Assembly (NCBI GenBank): GCA_963662655.2
Contig: CAXXTU010000002.1
Span: 2,720,001 to 2,784,000 of the forward strand
Source of the DNA: Candidatus Cloacimonadales bacterium
GTDB taxonomy: Bacteria; Cloacimonadota; Cloacimonadia; Cloacimonadales; JAIOQZ01
Direction of reading: 5' to 3'
Length of the DNA stretch: 64,000 nucleotides
The notes beneath the pieces were generated by a model. The model worked only from the letters and a program-made list of their open reading frames with translations. It was not told where the DNA came from and ran no database searches. Below are positions 8,880 to 18,705 of the stretch, one piece after another (position 1 is the stretch's first letter; the number at the start of each line of letters is the position of its first letter). The translations under genes were made by a program, and so were the position numbers.

Positions 8880-9479
8880 ATGGCAAGAGCGCAGAAAATG
8901 CTGACGGATGAGCACGGCAACGAATACCCCGCCAAGATCATCGATCCCGCGATCGTGAGAAGGGACGCGGTGGTCAATCGGGTGATGAAGAGGGCGATCA
9001 GCCTGCACGACAAGCTGACCCGTGACAAGGAGAGGATGGCGGCCGACATCGAGAAGTACCTCGATCAGACAGCCGAACGCTACGGCGAGTCTTGGAAGGG
9101 CAACGCCGAACTCGTCAGCTTCGACGGCCGCTTCAAGGTGGAGGTGCGGTACCGCGAGCGTATCGAGTTCTCCGAGAAACTGCAGATCGCCAAGCAGAAG
9201 ATCGACGACTGCCTGAAGCGATGGTCGCAGGACAGCGACATCAACCTGCAGGCGGTTATCAAGGAAGCGTTTCAGGTCGATAAGAAGGGGCAGATCGCCA
9301 AACACCGCATCCTCGGTCTCAGACGTTACAACATCAAGGACGAGCAGTGGAAGCAGGCGATGGAGCTCATCGACGAAGCGATCAAGGTCACCTCCACCCG
9401 CCAGTACATCGCCTTCTACCAGCGCGAGAACGCCTCGGACAGCTTCAAGCTGGTCACTCTCAACTTCAGCGCGATATAG
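8880..9479 (+). CDS. DUF3164-family Mu-like prophage protein
   Basis: KGNAELVSFDGRFKV, IAKQKIDDCL, AFQVDKKG and WKQAMELI pattern typical of this family. Confidence 0.8.
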   Translation: MARAQKMLTDEHGNEYPAKIIDPAIVRRDAVVNRVMKRAISLHDKLTRDKERMAADIEKYLDQTAERYGESWKGNAELVSFDGRFKVEVRYRERIEFSEKLQIAKQKIDDCLKRWSQDSDINLQAVIKEAFQVDKKGQIAKHRILGLRRYNIKDEQWKQAMELIDEAIKVTSTRQYIAFYQRENASDSFKLVTLNFSAI

Positions 9480-9579
9480 GCGCGAACCGTCCCCGAAGAG
9501 TCGCCCGTGAACAGCGGGTTTTCTCTTTGGCCAGATTCATTGGCAAACGTGGGCAGGCGTCTTTGACGGTGGAGGCAAG

Positions 9580-9822
9580 ATGATACAGGATACCTGCGGA
9601 GAACAGATTATGGAACGAGTTTTCGACGACAAGAAATGCTACACGCCCACCCGGGTGGCGGAGATCCTCGCGGTCGATATCAGTACGGTCTACCGGCTGA
9701 TCCGCGACTTCGACGACCCGCTGCCAGCGTTCCGCCTCAAGGCCAACGGCCAGTTGCGCGTACACGGTGGCAAGGCGAACGACTATTTCGACCGGCACAA
9801 GGTCGACCCGCTGTGGGAATGA
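9580..9822 (+). CDS. Excisionase-like (HTH_17) small DNA-binding protein
   Basis: YTPTRVAEILAVDISTVYRLI...LPAFR pattern; GGAGG RBS. Confidence 0.75.
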   Translation: MIQDTCGEQIMERVFDDKKCYTPTRVAEILAVDISTVYRLIRDFDDPLPAFRLKANGQLRVHGGKANDYFDRHKVDPLWE

Positions 9823-9851
9823 GAAATGAGGAATTAGGAATGATGAATGGC
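9817..9851 (+). repeat. Five tandem degenerate 7-bp repeats (consensus GAATGAG), left arm
   Basis: GAATGAG AAATGAG GAATTAG GAATGAT GAATGGC. Confidence 0.85.
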
Positions 9852-9858
9852 GGGATTG

Positions 9859-10224
9859 TCAGGATTGCTGCTTACTCAGCGAATTGCGAACGGTCAGCTG
9901 AATCGAGGACAGCAACTTGATGATCTCGCCACATTCTTGCATGAGAGGTTCGAGTTGAGAACGTTGGATAATCTCGCTGTCAGCAAGCAGATTCAACCAG
10001 TATCGACATTCCATCGATTCCTTGTAGGCAATGCTGACCTTCGTGAGGAAATCGGGGCGTGTCTGCGCCGCTTGCCCCTCTGCAAGGTTGGCTCCGATGG
10101 ATGTACCGCATCGCAGAATCTGATCGGCAAAGATAAATTCATGCATCTCGCGCAGCTTCTTGCTGAGGCGAACGATCCGCAAAGCGAAAGCGTAGGATTT
10201 ATCAACGACAACATTCTCTTTCAT
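9859..10224 (-). CDS. Four-helix-bundle protein (23S rRNA IVS protein/TIGR02436-like)
   Basis: KSYAFALRIV...QILRCGTSIGANLAEG...DFLTKVSIAYKESMECRYWLNLL signature. Confidence 0.9.
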   Translation of the reverse strand: MKENVVVDKSYAFALRIVRLSKKLREMHEFIFADQILRCGTSIGANLAEGQAAQTRPDFLTKVSIAYKESMECRYWLNLLADSEIIQRSQLEPLMQECGEIIKLLSSIQLTVRNSLSKQQS

Positions 10225-10267
10225 GCCAGAACGTTGAAACAGCACAAGAAACTGTCAACGCGAATCT

Positions 10268-10302
10268 TCCATTCCTCATTCATAATTCATCATCCATCAT
10301 TG
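10268..10302 (-). repeat. Five tandem degenerate 7-bp repeats, right arm, inverted relative to 9817-9851
   Basis: TCCATTC CTCATTC ATAATTC ATCATCC ATCATTG, the reverse complement of GAATGAG-type units. Confidence 0.85.
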
Positions 10303-10315
10303 CCCGGAGGGCTTC

Positions 10316-10777
10316 ATGAACAGCAAAGAATACCGGCGTAAGCGAGAGTCGGCAAAGCGGCTCTACCTCAAGGGCGAGACCGACGTCGCCGCTCTGGCGC
10401 GGATGTTCGAGGTGGCCGACAAGACCGTGCGCAACTGGATACGCAAGGGCAAGTGGGACGACGAATACGACGAGGTGCATCATATCGAGGAAGAGATCGA
10501 TATCGCGGTCAAACGAGCTCTCATCCGCGCCCTCAGGGAATACGCAGAGGTTCCGCAGGATACCGCGCTGCAGTCGCTGGTGTCGCTGTTGCGCCAGTAC
10601 AACAAGAACGCCGAACCAACCCGCGATTTCATCGAGCACATGAAGCGGTTCCTGGACTGGCTGGTGGATTTCTATCACGCCCGTAACGACGAGGCGACCG
10701 CCAAGGCGATCCAGCGGGAAATCCTCGGTGAGGACGGCATCGTCGAGTACTTAAGGAAGCGCGCCGGACATGGCTAA
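10316..10777 (+). CDS. Putative terminase small subunit
   Basis: N-terminal HTH (AKRLYL...LARMFEVADKTVRNWIRKGKW); overlaps the terminase large subunit start. Confidence 0.75.
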   Translation: MNSKEYRRKRESAKRLYLKGETDVAALARMFEVADKTVRNWIRKGKWDDEYDEVHHIEEEIDIAVKRALIRALREYAEVPQDTALQSLVSLLRQYNKNAEPTRDFIEHMKRFLDWLVDFYHARNDEATAKAIQREILGEDGIVEYLRKRAGHG

Positions 10778-12314
10778 ATTCACGCAGAAAGACCAGACAT
10801 ACTTTACCCGCATAGCTGAGAAGACCGCCGGTGTCAAACCGTTCGCAGAAGACACGCCGCAGAAGAAACAGCAGCGTATCGCAAGGGCGAGCGGCGAGGG
10901 CTGGCGGTCTTTCTCGTTCTTCTGCACATCGTACTTTCCCCACATCTTCAAGCTGCCATTTTGTGATGCCCATAGGGAGATGTTCGAGGTGGTCGAAGCC
11001 GAAAGCGGCGTCACCGCCATCACGGGGTTTCGCGGACTGGGCAAGACCGTGCTCATGGGCGTCGTCTATCCGATCTGGCGGGTGATCAAGGGCGAGAGGT
11101 ACGTGATCCACACAGCGGCGGACGTCGATCTGGCGGAGGAGAGAACGGCCTTCACCTACAACGAACTGACCAACAACAAGCGGCTTCTCGGCGACTTCGA
11201 CGATCTGCGACCCATCGACACCACCGAGGACGACTTCTATCTGCGCAATCGCGGTCGCATTCGCGCGCGAGGTGTGAAACAATCGTTTCGCGGCTCCATC
11301 AATCCCCGCACCTCCACGCGCCCCGGTCTCATCGTTTGCGACGACATCGATAAGGAGGAGAACGTCGGCAACCAGACCATCGGCCGCAGGCGCATGGACA
11401 AGATCGTGCAGGAGATCGGCGGCGCACTCGACCCGTCCGGCTCCGGCAAGGTGATCTGGCTCGGTAATCTCGTCCACCCCAACTACGCCATCTGCCAGTT
11501 CATGGAGGCCATCGTCGAGGAGATCAAAGCCGACAACAACAGCTTCAATCCGGACGACGTGCGGCATCTGTTCGCAGAGGGAAGGCGACTCCTGCGCTTC
11601 TCTCTGGAAACCGATGGCGGCCAGTCGGTATGGGAGCGTCAATACCCCACCGGCGAGCTGCCCCTTCTACGTCGCAAGTTCGGTCACACAGGCTATCAGC
11701 GCGAGTTTCTCGGCGTACCGATGATCGAGGGCAATATGTTCAAGCACCACTGGTTCAAGCGGTACGCGCGGCTCCCCAAGCGCATGAAGCGGGTCTGGAT
11801 GTACGCCGATCCTGCGTGGGGCGAGAAGGGCTGCTACAAGGCGATCATCTCCATCGGTTACGACGGCCTGAAATTCTACGTGATTCACTGCTGGGTACGC
11901 CAGACCGAGAACTCGCGCTTCTTCGCCTTCTACTACAACGCATGTGCTGAGTTGTCTCGCCGCTACGGAGTCCGATTCCGCGCTGCGATGGAGACCAACT
12001 ACGGCCAGCACCGCATCCTCGCAGACTTCGACCGCTGGTGCCGCGAGAACGGGCGCAATCCTATCTCGCACCGCATCCGCCGCATCAACAATGACCGCAA
12101 CAAGGCCCTGCGCATCGAGCGCGTCGACACGGTCATCGAGACCGGCAAGGTCGTCTTTCCCGACGGGCAGGACACGCCAACTCTTATCAGCCAGTTTCTC
12201 ACCTACCCGCAAGGATACGTGGACGGTCCGGACGCCCTTGCAGGCTGCCTCGAACGCTTCCCCGAATATGACACCGGCCGCAACAGAACCAGAGTTCGGA
12301 GCTTCCGGTTTTGA
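10770..12314 (+). CDS. Terminase large subunit
   Basis: GFRGLGKT Walker A, IVCDDID Walker B, YADPA and DGPDAL nuclease acidic motifs. Confidence 0.9.
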   Translation: MAKFTQKDQTYFTRIAEKTAGVKPFAEDTPQKKQQRIARASGEGWRSFSFFCTSYFPHIFKLPFCDAHREMFEVVEAESGVTAITGFRGLGKTVLMGVVYPIWRVIKGERYVIHTAADVDLAEERTAFTYNELTNNKRLLGDFDDLRPIDTTEDDFYLRNRGRIRARGVKQSFRGSINPRTSTRPGLIVCDDIDKEENVGNQTIGRRRMDKIVQEIGGALDPSGSGKVIWLGNLVHPNYAICQFMEAIVEEIKADNNSFNPDDVRHLFAEGRRLLRFSLETDGGQSVWERQYPTGELPLLRRKFGHTGYQREFLGVPMIEGNMFKHHWFKRYARLPKRMKRVWMYADPAWGEKGCYKAIISIGYDGLKFYVIHCWVRQTENSRFFAFYYNACAELSRRYGVRFRAAMETNYGQHRILADFDRWCRENGRNPISHRIRRINNDRNKALRIERVDTVIETGKVVFPDGQDTPTLISQFLTYPQGYVDGPDALAGCLERFPEYDTGRNRTRVRSFRF

Positions 12315-13189
12315 CCTACTTCGACCGCGTGATGCTCGAATATTATCGCGTGCTCAACAATGCCTGGCAGCGCGAGGTGCGCGAGTCGGCGACGCAGGCC
12401 ATCAGGGCGTTGTCCGACATCCCTCGTCACGAGCGGCTCAATCGCACCCACATCGACGACGTTCTCGCCGTCATCGACTCCAACCTCGGCGAGGATTTTT
12501 CGTCCGCTGTACGCACCGAAACGAAGGCGTACATCCAGCGGTGCATGCTCCTTGGCCTCAGCGACGCGCAGAAGCAGGTTCCGCACAACACGCGCATCGG
12601 CTTGTACGGCGTACGGGAGAAGCGGCTCGAGACTGTCATCACCCGCCAGAACCTCTTCTGGATCGGCGAACGCTATGGCACAGACATCTCGCAGAAGTTT
12701 CGTTCCACCCTCACCGAGGCTGTCGCCTCCGGCTACACGAAGAAGATGCTGCAGGAGAAGTTATCCGGGCAGTTCAAGGACTTGGGCCAAAAATCGCAGC
12801 ACTACTGGCAGGGGCTGGCGGAGCACACTGCGCTACGGATTCGGGAGTTCGGGAGGTTGGAAGGATATCGCAAGGCTGGTGCGAAGTACTACCGGTTGGT
12901 GGTTGTTCTCGATGATCGCACGTCGGATATCTGCCGCGCCCTCGCTGCGCAGAACAAGGTCTATCCGCTCTCCGACGCTCTTGAGGTGATGGAAGACCTG
13001 CTGGCTATCGATCCGAAGCAGCACAGCCTCGAATCGGTGCGAGAACGCACGAAGGAGCTTGCTCCGTGGGTCAGTGACGACATGATAGAGCGAAACGCAT
13101 CCGGCAGACCAACCGGCGTCTCAGGAAGCCACACGCCCTTCCCACCGTTTCACTGGAAGTGCAGGACGGGGACAGAGGTGGTGATTTAG
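12311..13189 (+). CDS. Phage head morphogenesis protein (MuF/SPP1 gp7-like)
   Basis: LDDRTSDIC and PPFHWKCRT motifs; TTG start overlaps the terL stop. Confidence 0.8.
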   Translation: MTYFDRVMLEYYRVLNNAWQREVRESATQAIRALSDIPRHERLNRTHIDDVLAVIDSNLGEDFSSAVRTETKAYIQRCMLLGLSDAQKQVPHNTRIGLYGVREKRLETVITRQNLFWIGERYGTDISQKFRSTLTEAVASGYTKKMLQEKLSGQFKDLGQKSQHYWQGLAEHTALRIREFGRLEGYRKAGAKYYRLVVVLDDRTSDICRALAAQNKVYPLSDALEVMEDLLAIDPKQHSLESVRERTKELAPWVSDDMIERNASGRPTGVSGSHTPFPPFHWKCRTGTEVVI

Positions 13190-13219
13190 GGATTTGAAGG
13201 AGTCGATGGGACCAACGAG

Positions 13220-13245
13220 GAAAACTGGCAGCGAAGCCAGTTTTC
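13220..13245. terminator. Hairpin between convergent genes
   Basis: GAAAACTGGC-AGCGAA-GCCAGTTTTC perfect 10-bp stem. Confidence 0.7.
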
Positions 13246-13259
13246 GGTGTTTGTGGGGC

Positions 13260-13550
13260 TTATTCTGATTCGGGATCGGTGAAGTCTGCGGCGTTTTCAG
13301 GTGCGTTCATGAAATCGGCTACATCCTGCCGGGTGGCGTCCCAGTTGAGGATGCGTCCTGTCTCGATGTCGATTTCGTGGTTGATGTAGTCGCCCCAGTG
13401 CTTTCCCGGCATGAACTCCGGCACCGGGCCGTCGTAGTTCTTCATCGCTTCGCCGTTTTCGCCCTTGAAAGCAGCCCTCATGTTACCTGAAATCTTCGCG
13501 TTGATGATCATCGTTTTCAGGGTGGTCTCTGTGGTCTTTTTCGTCTTCAT
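13260..13550 (-). CDS. Hypothetical phage-type protein (96 aa)
   Basis: ORF with GGAG RBS before MKTKK; VPEFMP...WGDYI...IDIETGRILNW pattern. Confidence 0.7.
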   Translation of the reverse strand: MKTKKTTETTLKTMIINAKISGNMRAAFKGENGEAMKNYDGPVPEFMPGKHWGDYINHEIDIETGRILNWDATRQDVADFMNAPENAADFTDPESE

Positions 13551-13629
13551 CGTAGTCTCCTTTGTGTCTCTAATTATGTCTCTATGATAAAGATGACGCA
13601 CAGGAAGTCAAGTGCTTCAGGATATAGAG

Positions 13630-13658
13630 ACGCCGGTAAGTAAGCTACCGGCGTTTTT
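13630..13658. terminator. Intrinsic terminator-like hairpin
   Basis: ACGCCGGTA-AGTAAGC-TACCGGCGT followed by TTTT. Confidence 0.7.
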
Positions 13659-13721
13659 AAAAGTGTCTTGATTGCAATTCAATGGTTGAAGCAACACACA
13701 GAAACTGCAATACTCTATTGG

Positions 13722-16700
13722 TTACTCTACTTGCCAGACATCAACTTGATTGACATCGAATCCATCACTACTATCCTTGCTAACAATCAGAAAGTAGGCG
13801 TCACCTGTTGGCAAATATGTAGCAGGAATAATGGTGCTCCCTCCGCCTCCTTCAATTGTTAACGATCTATCGGAATTCCATGTTATTGTGACCTCCATTT
13901 CACTCCCATAAGAGTAAGAGCCAATCACTTCCATTGAAAGATTGCTTTCTGACCAAGCACTAACTTCTCCATTGTACAGTTTTATCCCTCCTCCAAGAGA
14001 AGTACCATAATATACCCAGTTATTTGTCAAACCAATATACGCTTGGTCTGTATTTCCTCCGCCGGAAGCCAAAAAAGGTGTTAATATGATTGTAAACGAA
14101 AATCCCGGTTGGAATTGCTGAAGCATACGTATTTGTCCCCAGCTGACATCATTGTAACGCATATGAGCATTACTATTCGATATTGGCGGTACCCAATTGC
14201 CACCATTACTGTTGCCACTCCATTGGTTTCCTTGCCATAATGTTGAATTCCAGCTATCAAAAGTTTCTTGGATCGTTGGCTCTTCTCCGATGTCTTGCTT
14301 TTCTGCTACAACCTCGTAGAAGCCAACCGAATCCGCTCCGGAAATCGGTAGTGTAACCGTCAGAAATTCCGTAGTAGTCTCAAGCGAAGCTCCTGACATT
14401 TCAGGGTTTTGTGCTGAATACACAGAGTATTCATCAACAGCCGTTGCATTGTTGAAGATGTCCTCGGTAACCTCATCCCATGAAAGGACGACTTGATTTC
14501 CCGTGAGATCGATCAACAAGTTCTCTGGTGCTTTGGGCGGTATATTGACCGCAAGTGTGTTCGTTGCAGAAGTAGTTGTGTTTTGTGCACCATCAAGAAC
14601 CTCGATGTAGTAATTGATAACTGGGTGTTGCTGCTCGGGAAGTGTCGCCATGAACAGGTCGCTTCCCAGAGAAGTCATGTTCACGCCGATATCCCGTGTG
14701 GTTCGTGTCGTTTCCCAGTTGTAGTAAAGGATTGCATTTAGGACACCGTTTTGATCAGTAATCTCAGCCGTGATTTCAATTTCATCGGTGTAGTATATAG
14801 TGCTGGGGGTAACTTGCGTGATTTCGATTTGTGTGTCGTCATGTGGATAGAATGTCTCGGCATTGTTGCTATACGCTTCATTATCATACATATCCTCAGC
14901 CTTGATATCGACGTAGTACGTCGTTTCGGATAGAGTCGCAGTATCGATCTGCGCCGAGTAGATAGTGTCATCTGCCGTGACATCCCCGTTAAGTCCATCA
15001 TCATGCATATTGAGTGTGAATTGAGCTATTCCATCCGGTTGCTGCACGATGCAGAATACGGAATCAGGGTTCACGCCAGAACTGTTATCTGTGACTGTCG
15101 CTGTCGCCAGAATCGTTGTGCCGATCATTGGATTGTCATCCGAGACTGATACGTTCGAGATTTGTGGAGGTACCGTCTCCCCCTGCACATCAATTATATA
15201 TGTATATGTTTCTGCATTCAAGCAGTCATCTTTCGTCAGGATTTGAAGCGTGCAGTCTTCAGTAATGGTGCTGACATCGATTGCGAAAGAGTTGCCTGTG
15301 ATGGTCAGGTCAGTCCATGGATCTGAATCAAATCGATATCTCAGTAGCTCGATTTCATTCTCATCGTAAGCTGTTCCTGACAATGCTGTAATCGATTCAT
15401 TCAAATTTATCGTACCGTTATTCGATGGGAGATAGACCGTAGGAGCTTCTGAATCCCACGGGGAGAAGATTTCGATTCTCGGATTACTATCCGTGATGAG
15501 CACAGCAAACAGTTTACCATTAGGGGACCAATTCAGTTGGTACATATCTGCATTTGATTCATATTGTTTCATCTGAATCATTGTTTGATTCTCGACATCC
15601 CACAAGCATACTTTTTTGTTATTTACACCTATTGATAGTAGATATCGACTACTACCCGGTTGCCAGTCCAGTTTGCTCTCGAACCAAGCTCCACTACTCA
15701 AGGTAGTTCCTGTATATGTTGAACCGTTGTAGATTTTAATTACCTCATCTCGATAATCGCTAATTGCTAAGATGCTGCTATCATCAGAAATGGCGACACC
15801 TTTAGTGTCATCATAATATCCTGGATTGGCATCGATGTTGTATTGAAATGAACCATTGTGATTCCAGACTGAGACCAATCCATCATGGGGTGAATCTTCT
15901 ACATATGAGACTACAATGAGATTGTTGGAAAAGTCTGCCTCATATGGATCCCATGATGTATCTCTTAACTGTTGATAGCTAAGAGAAGCCCCATTATGCG
16001 TGTAAAGCCTTGTGCCATCATTACTGCCTTCAGCATATATAAACTTCTCATTAGATATCCATTCCATGTTTCCTCTACGTTCATGAAGCCATATATCGTT
16101 ATTCGTTACTAGTTGACTCTGCGAAGCAACGTCGAAAATGTAGAAATCGAATGTTGTGGTAAAAGATATCTTACTGCCGTCTGGAGACAATCTGAGTAAC
16201 TGTATTACAGAATTATCCCCATTATAGTTGAAGAAATTCATAAATATGTCATCTTCTTCATGGATTAGGTCGCGCTCCTTGCACTTGTATTGCTCACTGC
16301 TATAGAAGATGGATTTAGAGTCTGCCCCCCAGTCAAAGGTGTTGTATTCATAAGTTTGGGACATGTCTATTGACTGAACAGGAATCATTTCAGGGACAGA
16401 AACTGTTACAGGGAAGCTGAATGAATGGCTACCGCCTTCGAAAAGGATATCAACTATCGCTGTTGTATTCTCTGTGAATGTGAGTCTTGCATAACCAGCG
16501 AGAAAGCCTGTGCTGATTGTAACAAAGTCCTTGGAATGTTGGTTGTTATCGAACAAGCCTTGCTCACATGTAAGTGTTAAAGGCATACCTGAATCTACAG
16601 GAGACCCTTGATCATACACACGAATACTAAGATCATAAATCGAGTATGTGGCATTATCTCCTGAATAGTAAACAGCTGCAGTTTGGAAGGTGTAATCATG

Positions 16701-18534
16701 ATCTGGTGCAACAATGTCGACTTCGGATATGTCATACACATCGTCGTTATCAGCATCTACACAGACTATATCAACGGTTCCCTCCATCTGGGGATAGTAT
16801 CCGACTGATGCAACACCTTCAGCATTGGTACAAACAGGATTATTATCCTGGAAGTATCCCATGTTTGGCGACTGCCAGAAATTGACTGGGTGATTCGCTA
16901 CAGCTGGTGTGATCGTTGCGTAGATGGTTGTGAGTTCGCCTACTTCAAACGGAGTCTCTTCGAATGATAACGCAATGCCTTCTGCAGGCTGTGGACTGAC
17001 GGTGAATGTAAGGGGGCCGTATGCTGGATATGGATTCTGGCAATCGTTGGCAATGAACTGGTAGGAATGTTGACCAAGTCCTATTTCTGAGCCTTCCATG
17101 TTATAAGTGAAACATTGACCGTCATAGGACATTTCATGAAGATCACCATCGATTGAAACTTGAACGATGGAAAACTCGTTCGGGTCATAGTGTTGAACGC
17201 TGAAAGTGAATTGATCATTCTCATATCCGTTTTCGGGATTAACAACACCATCAAACATGTAATTGTCTGGCAGTGTATTAGTTATCGTGAAATGACCAGC
17301 ATTCTCATCTGGGGCAGTGATAGAATACGCCGTTGCATGTTCACCCGTTGTTTGACCAGAGACCTCGACGATGTAGTCATTGGATGATGGCAAAGTTTCG
17401 ATGATATTCAGTCCATATAAGCCACTACTCAATGTGGCACAATATGCACCCGGTTCAACAGCCGAAAATGTACCCGTTCCTGCTGTTACAGCATTTGATC
17501 CATTTGAATAGGCCATTGTTAAGTTCACATCAGTTTGCTCAATAATGCTGAAATCGAAGCCGAAGTTTATCCAGTCAGAATCTTCAAACTCAATCTCATA
17601 TGTGTCAGACCCATTACTATCCAAGAAAGACCAAGTTCCTGCTGCCACTATATTCGACGAAACTGGGTTCATGTTGTTATAATCGTCGATATTCTCATTC
17701 ATTATTGTCAGAACTTCGCTACACATCGCTGCATGATAGGGAACCATTATTGTAAGATAGACGGTCGGGCTCATTAAAGCTATGCCTTGATATGCCAGTA
17801 AGTCCGTGCTTACATTGTCCATTATCGCATACATAGCTTCTTCGATAATCATTTCTGCTACACCTGAACTTAGGAATGTTTCAACAGCAATCGCTACAGG
17901 CCCAGATAAGAATACTGACGCTACATGTAAACCTCCTGTAACTGCGCCAGCGGCAAAGCCTACAGCCAAATGAATGCCAAACTCAGGAGTAGTCATAAGG
18001 CTCCAGTCCCAGTCATGTTGGTATAAGTACATGACGCCAGAAGAAGCTGCGCCAACAACTCCATGTAGTGTCATCCAAGTAGCTAAAGAAATTGTAACAG
18101 GCTCCCGACTTTCAAGTGAAGCCGCATCAATATTCATTGCATACGCATAGACATTCATGGCTTCAGTAGCTCCAATCAATTCTTTGGGAAATCTTGATAA
18201 TGGAACTTCCGTTACCAGATGTGTATTGAGATGATCTTCTTCAAGGCATGCCTTAGTGTAGAGTGTGTGTACGAAATTATTGAATAGCACACAATCTTCG
18301 TATGTCATCTCATCGAGAATACTTGCGAACTCGCTTTGCTCGATTCCTAAGTGATCCAGAAATTCGTTGTAAAATTCACTGTCAGCGGTAGCTATATACT
18401 CAAGCAAGTTATCATTGATTATAGCTTCATGGCAATTCACCAGTTGGAAGTGGGTAACATTCAGTTGGTGCACTGGCGAGTGATGTGATGCTGAACAAGA
18501 AAAGCACGAAAACGATAACAGAGACTTTGATCAT
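13722..18534 (-). pseudogene. Giant secreted multidomain protein (~1600 aa; glycine-rich hydrophobic region, Ig-like domains, WD40-like propeller), frameshifted near the 5' end
   Basis: RBS, ATG (18534) and signal peptide MIKVSVIVFVLFLFSITSLAS lie in a frame that stops at 18427. The 1583-codon body is in another frame. Confidence 0.75.
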
Positions 18535-18705
18535 GATTCCTCCAAAGTTTTTTAGTATTATTCGTCTATCAATATGCAAACCCCATGCCATCCGGCTTGA
18601 TGGCGACAATCTCACTATGATTCAATGAGATACATTTTTGCCATTTATTCATCATGTTGCAGTTCCGCCACAATATGTGGTGAAATGGCAACATATTGAT
18701 TTCTA

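Noticed and set aside
9859..10224. Diversity-generating retroelement (Avd-like gene)
   Set aside because: No reverse transcriptase and no TR/VR pair with adenine-specific differences were seen. FG-GAP paralogue differences are not A-specific.
18427..18429. TGA recoding (Trp/Sec readthrough) in the giant gene
   Set aside because: The same frame hits another TGA five codons later and the body is in a different frame. TGA is a normal stop elsewhere in the window.
18668..18698. NrdR-box-like palindrome CCACAATATGTGG with inverted CAATATGT/ACATATTG
   Set aside because: No nucleotide-reduction gene is nearby; it may be an operator but cannot be assigned from sequence.
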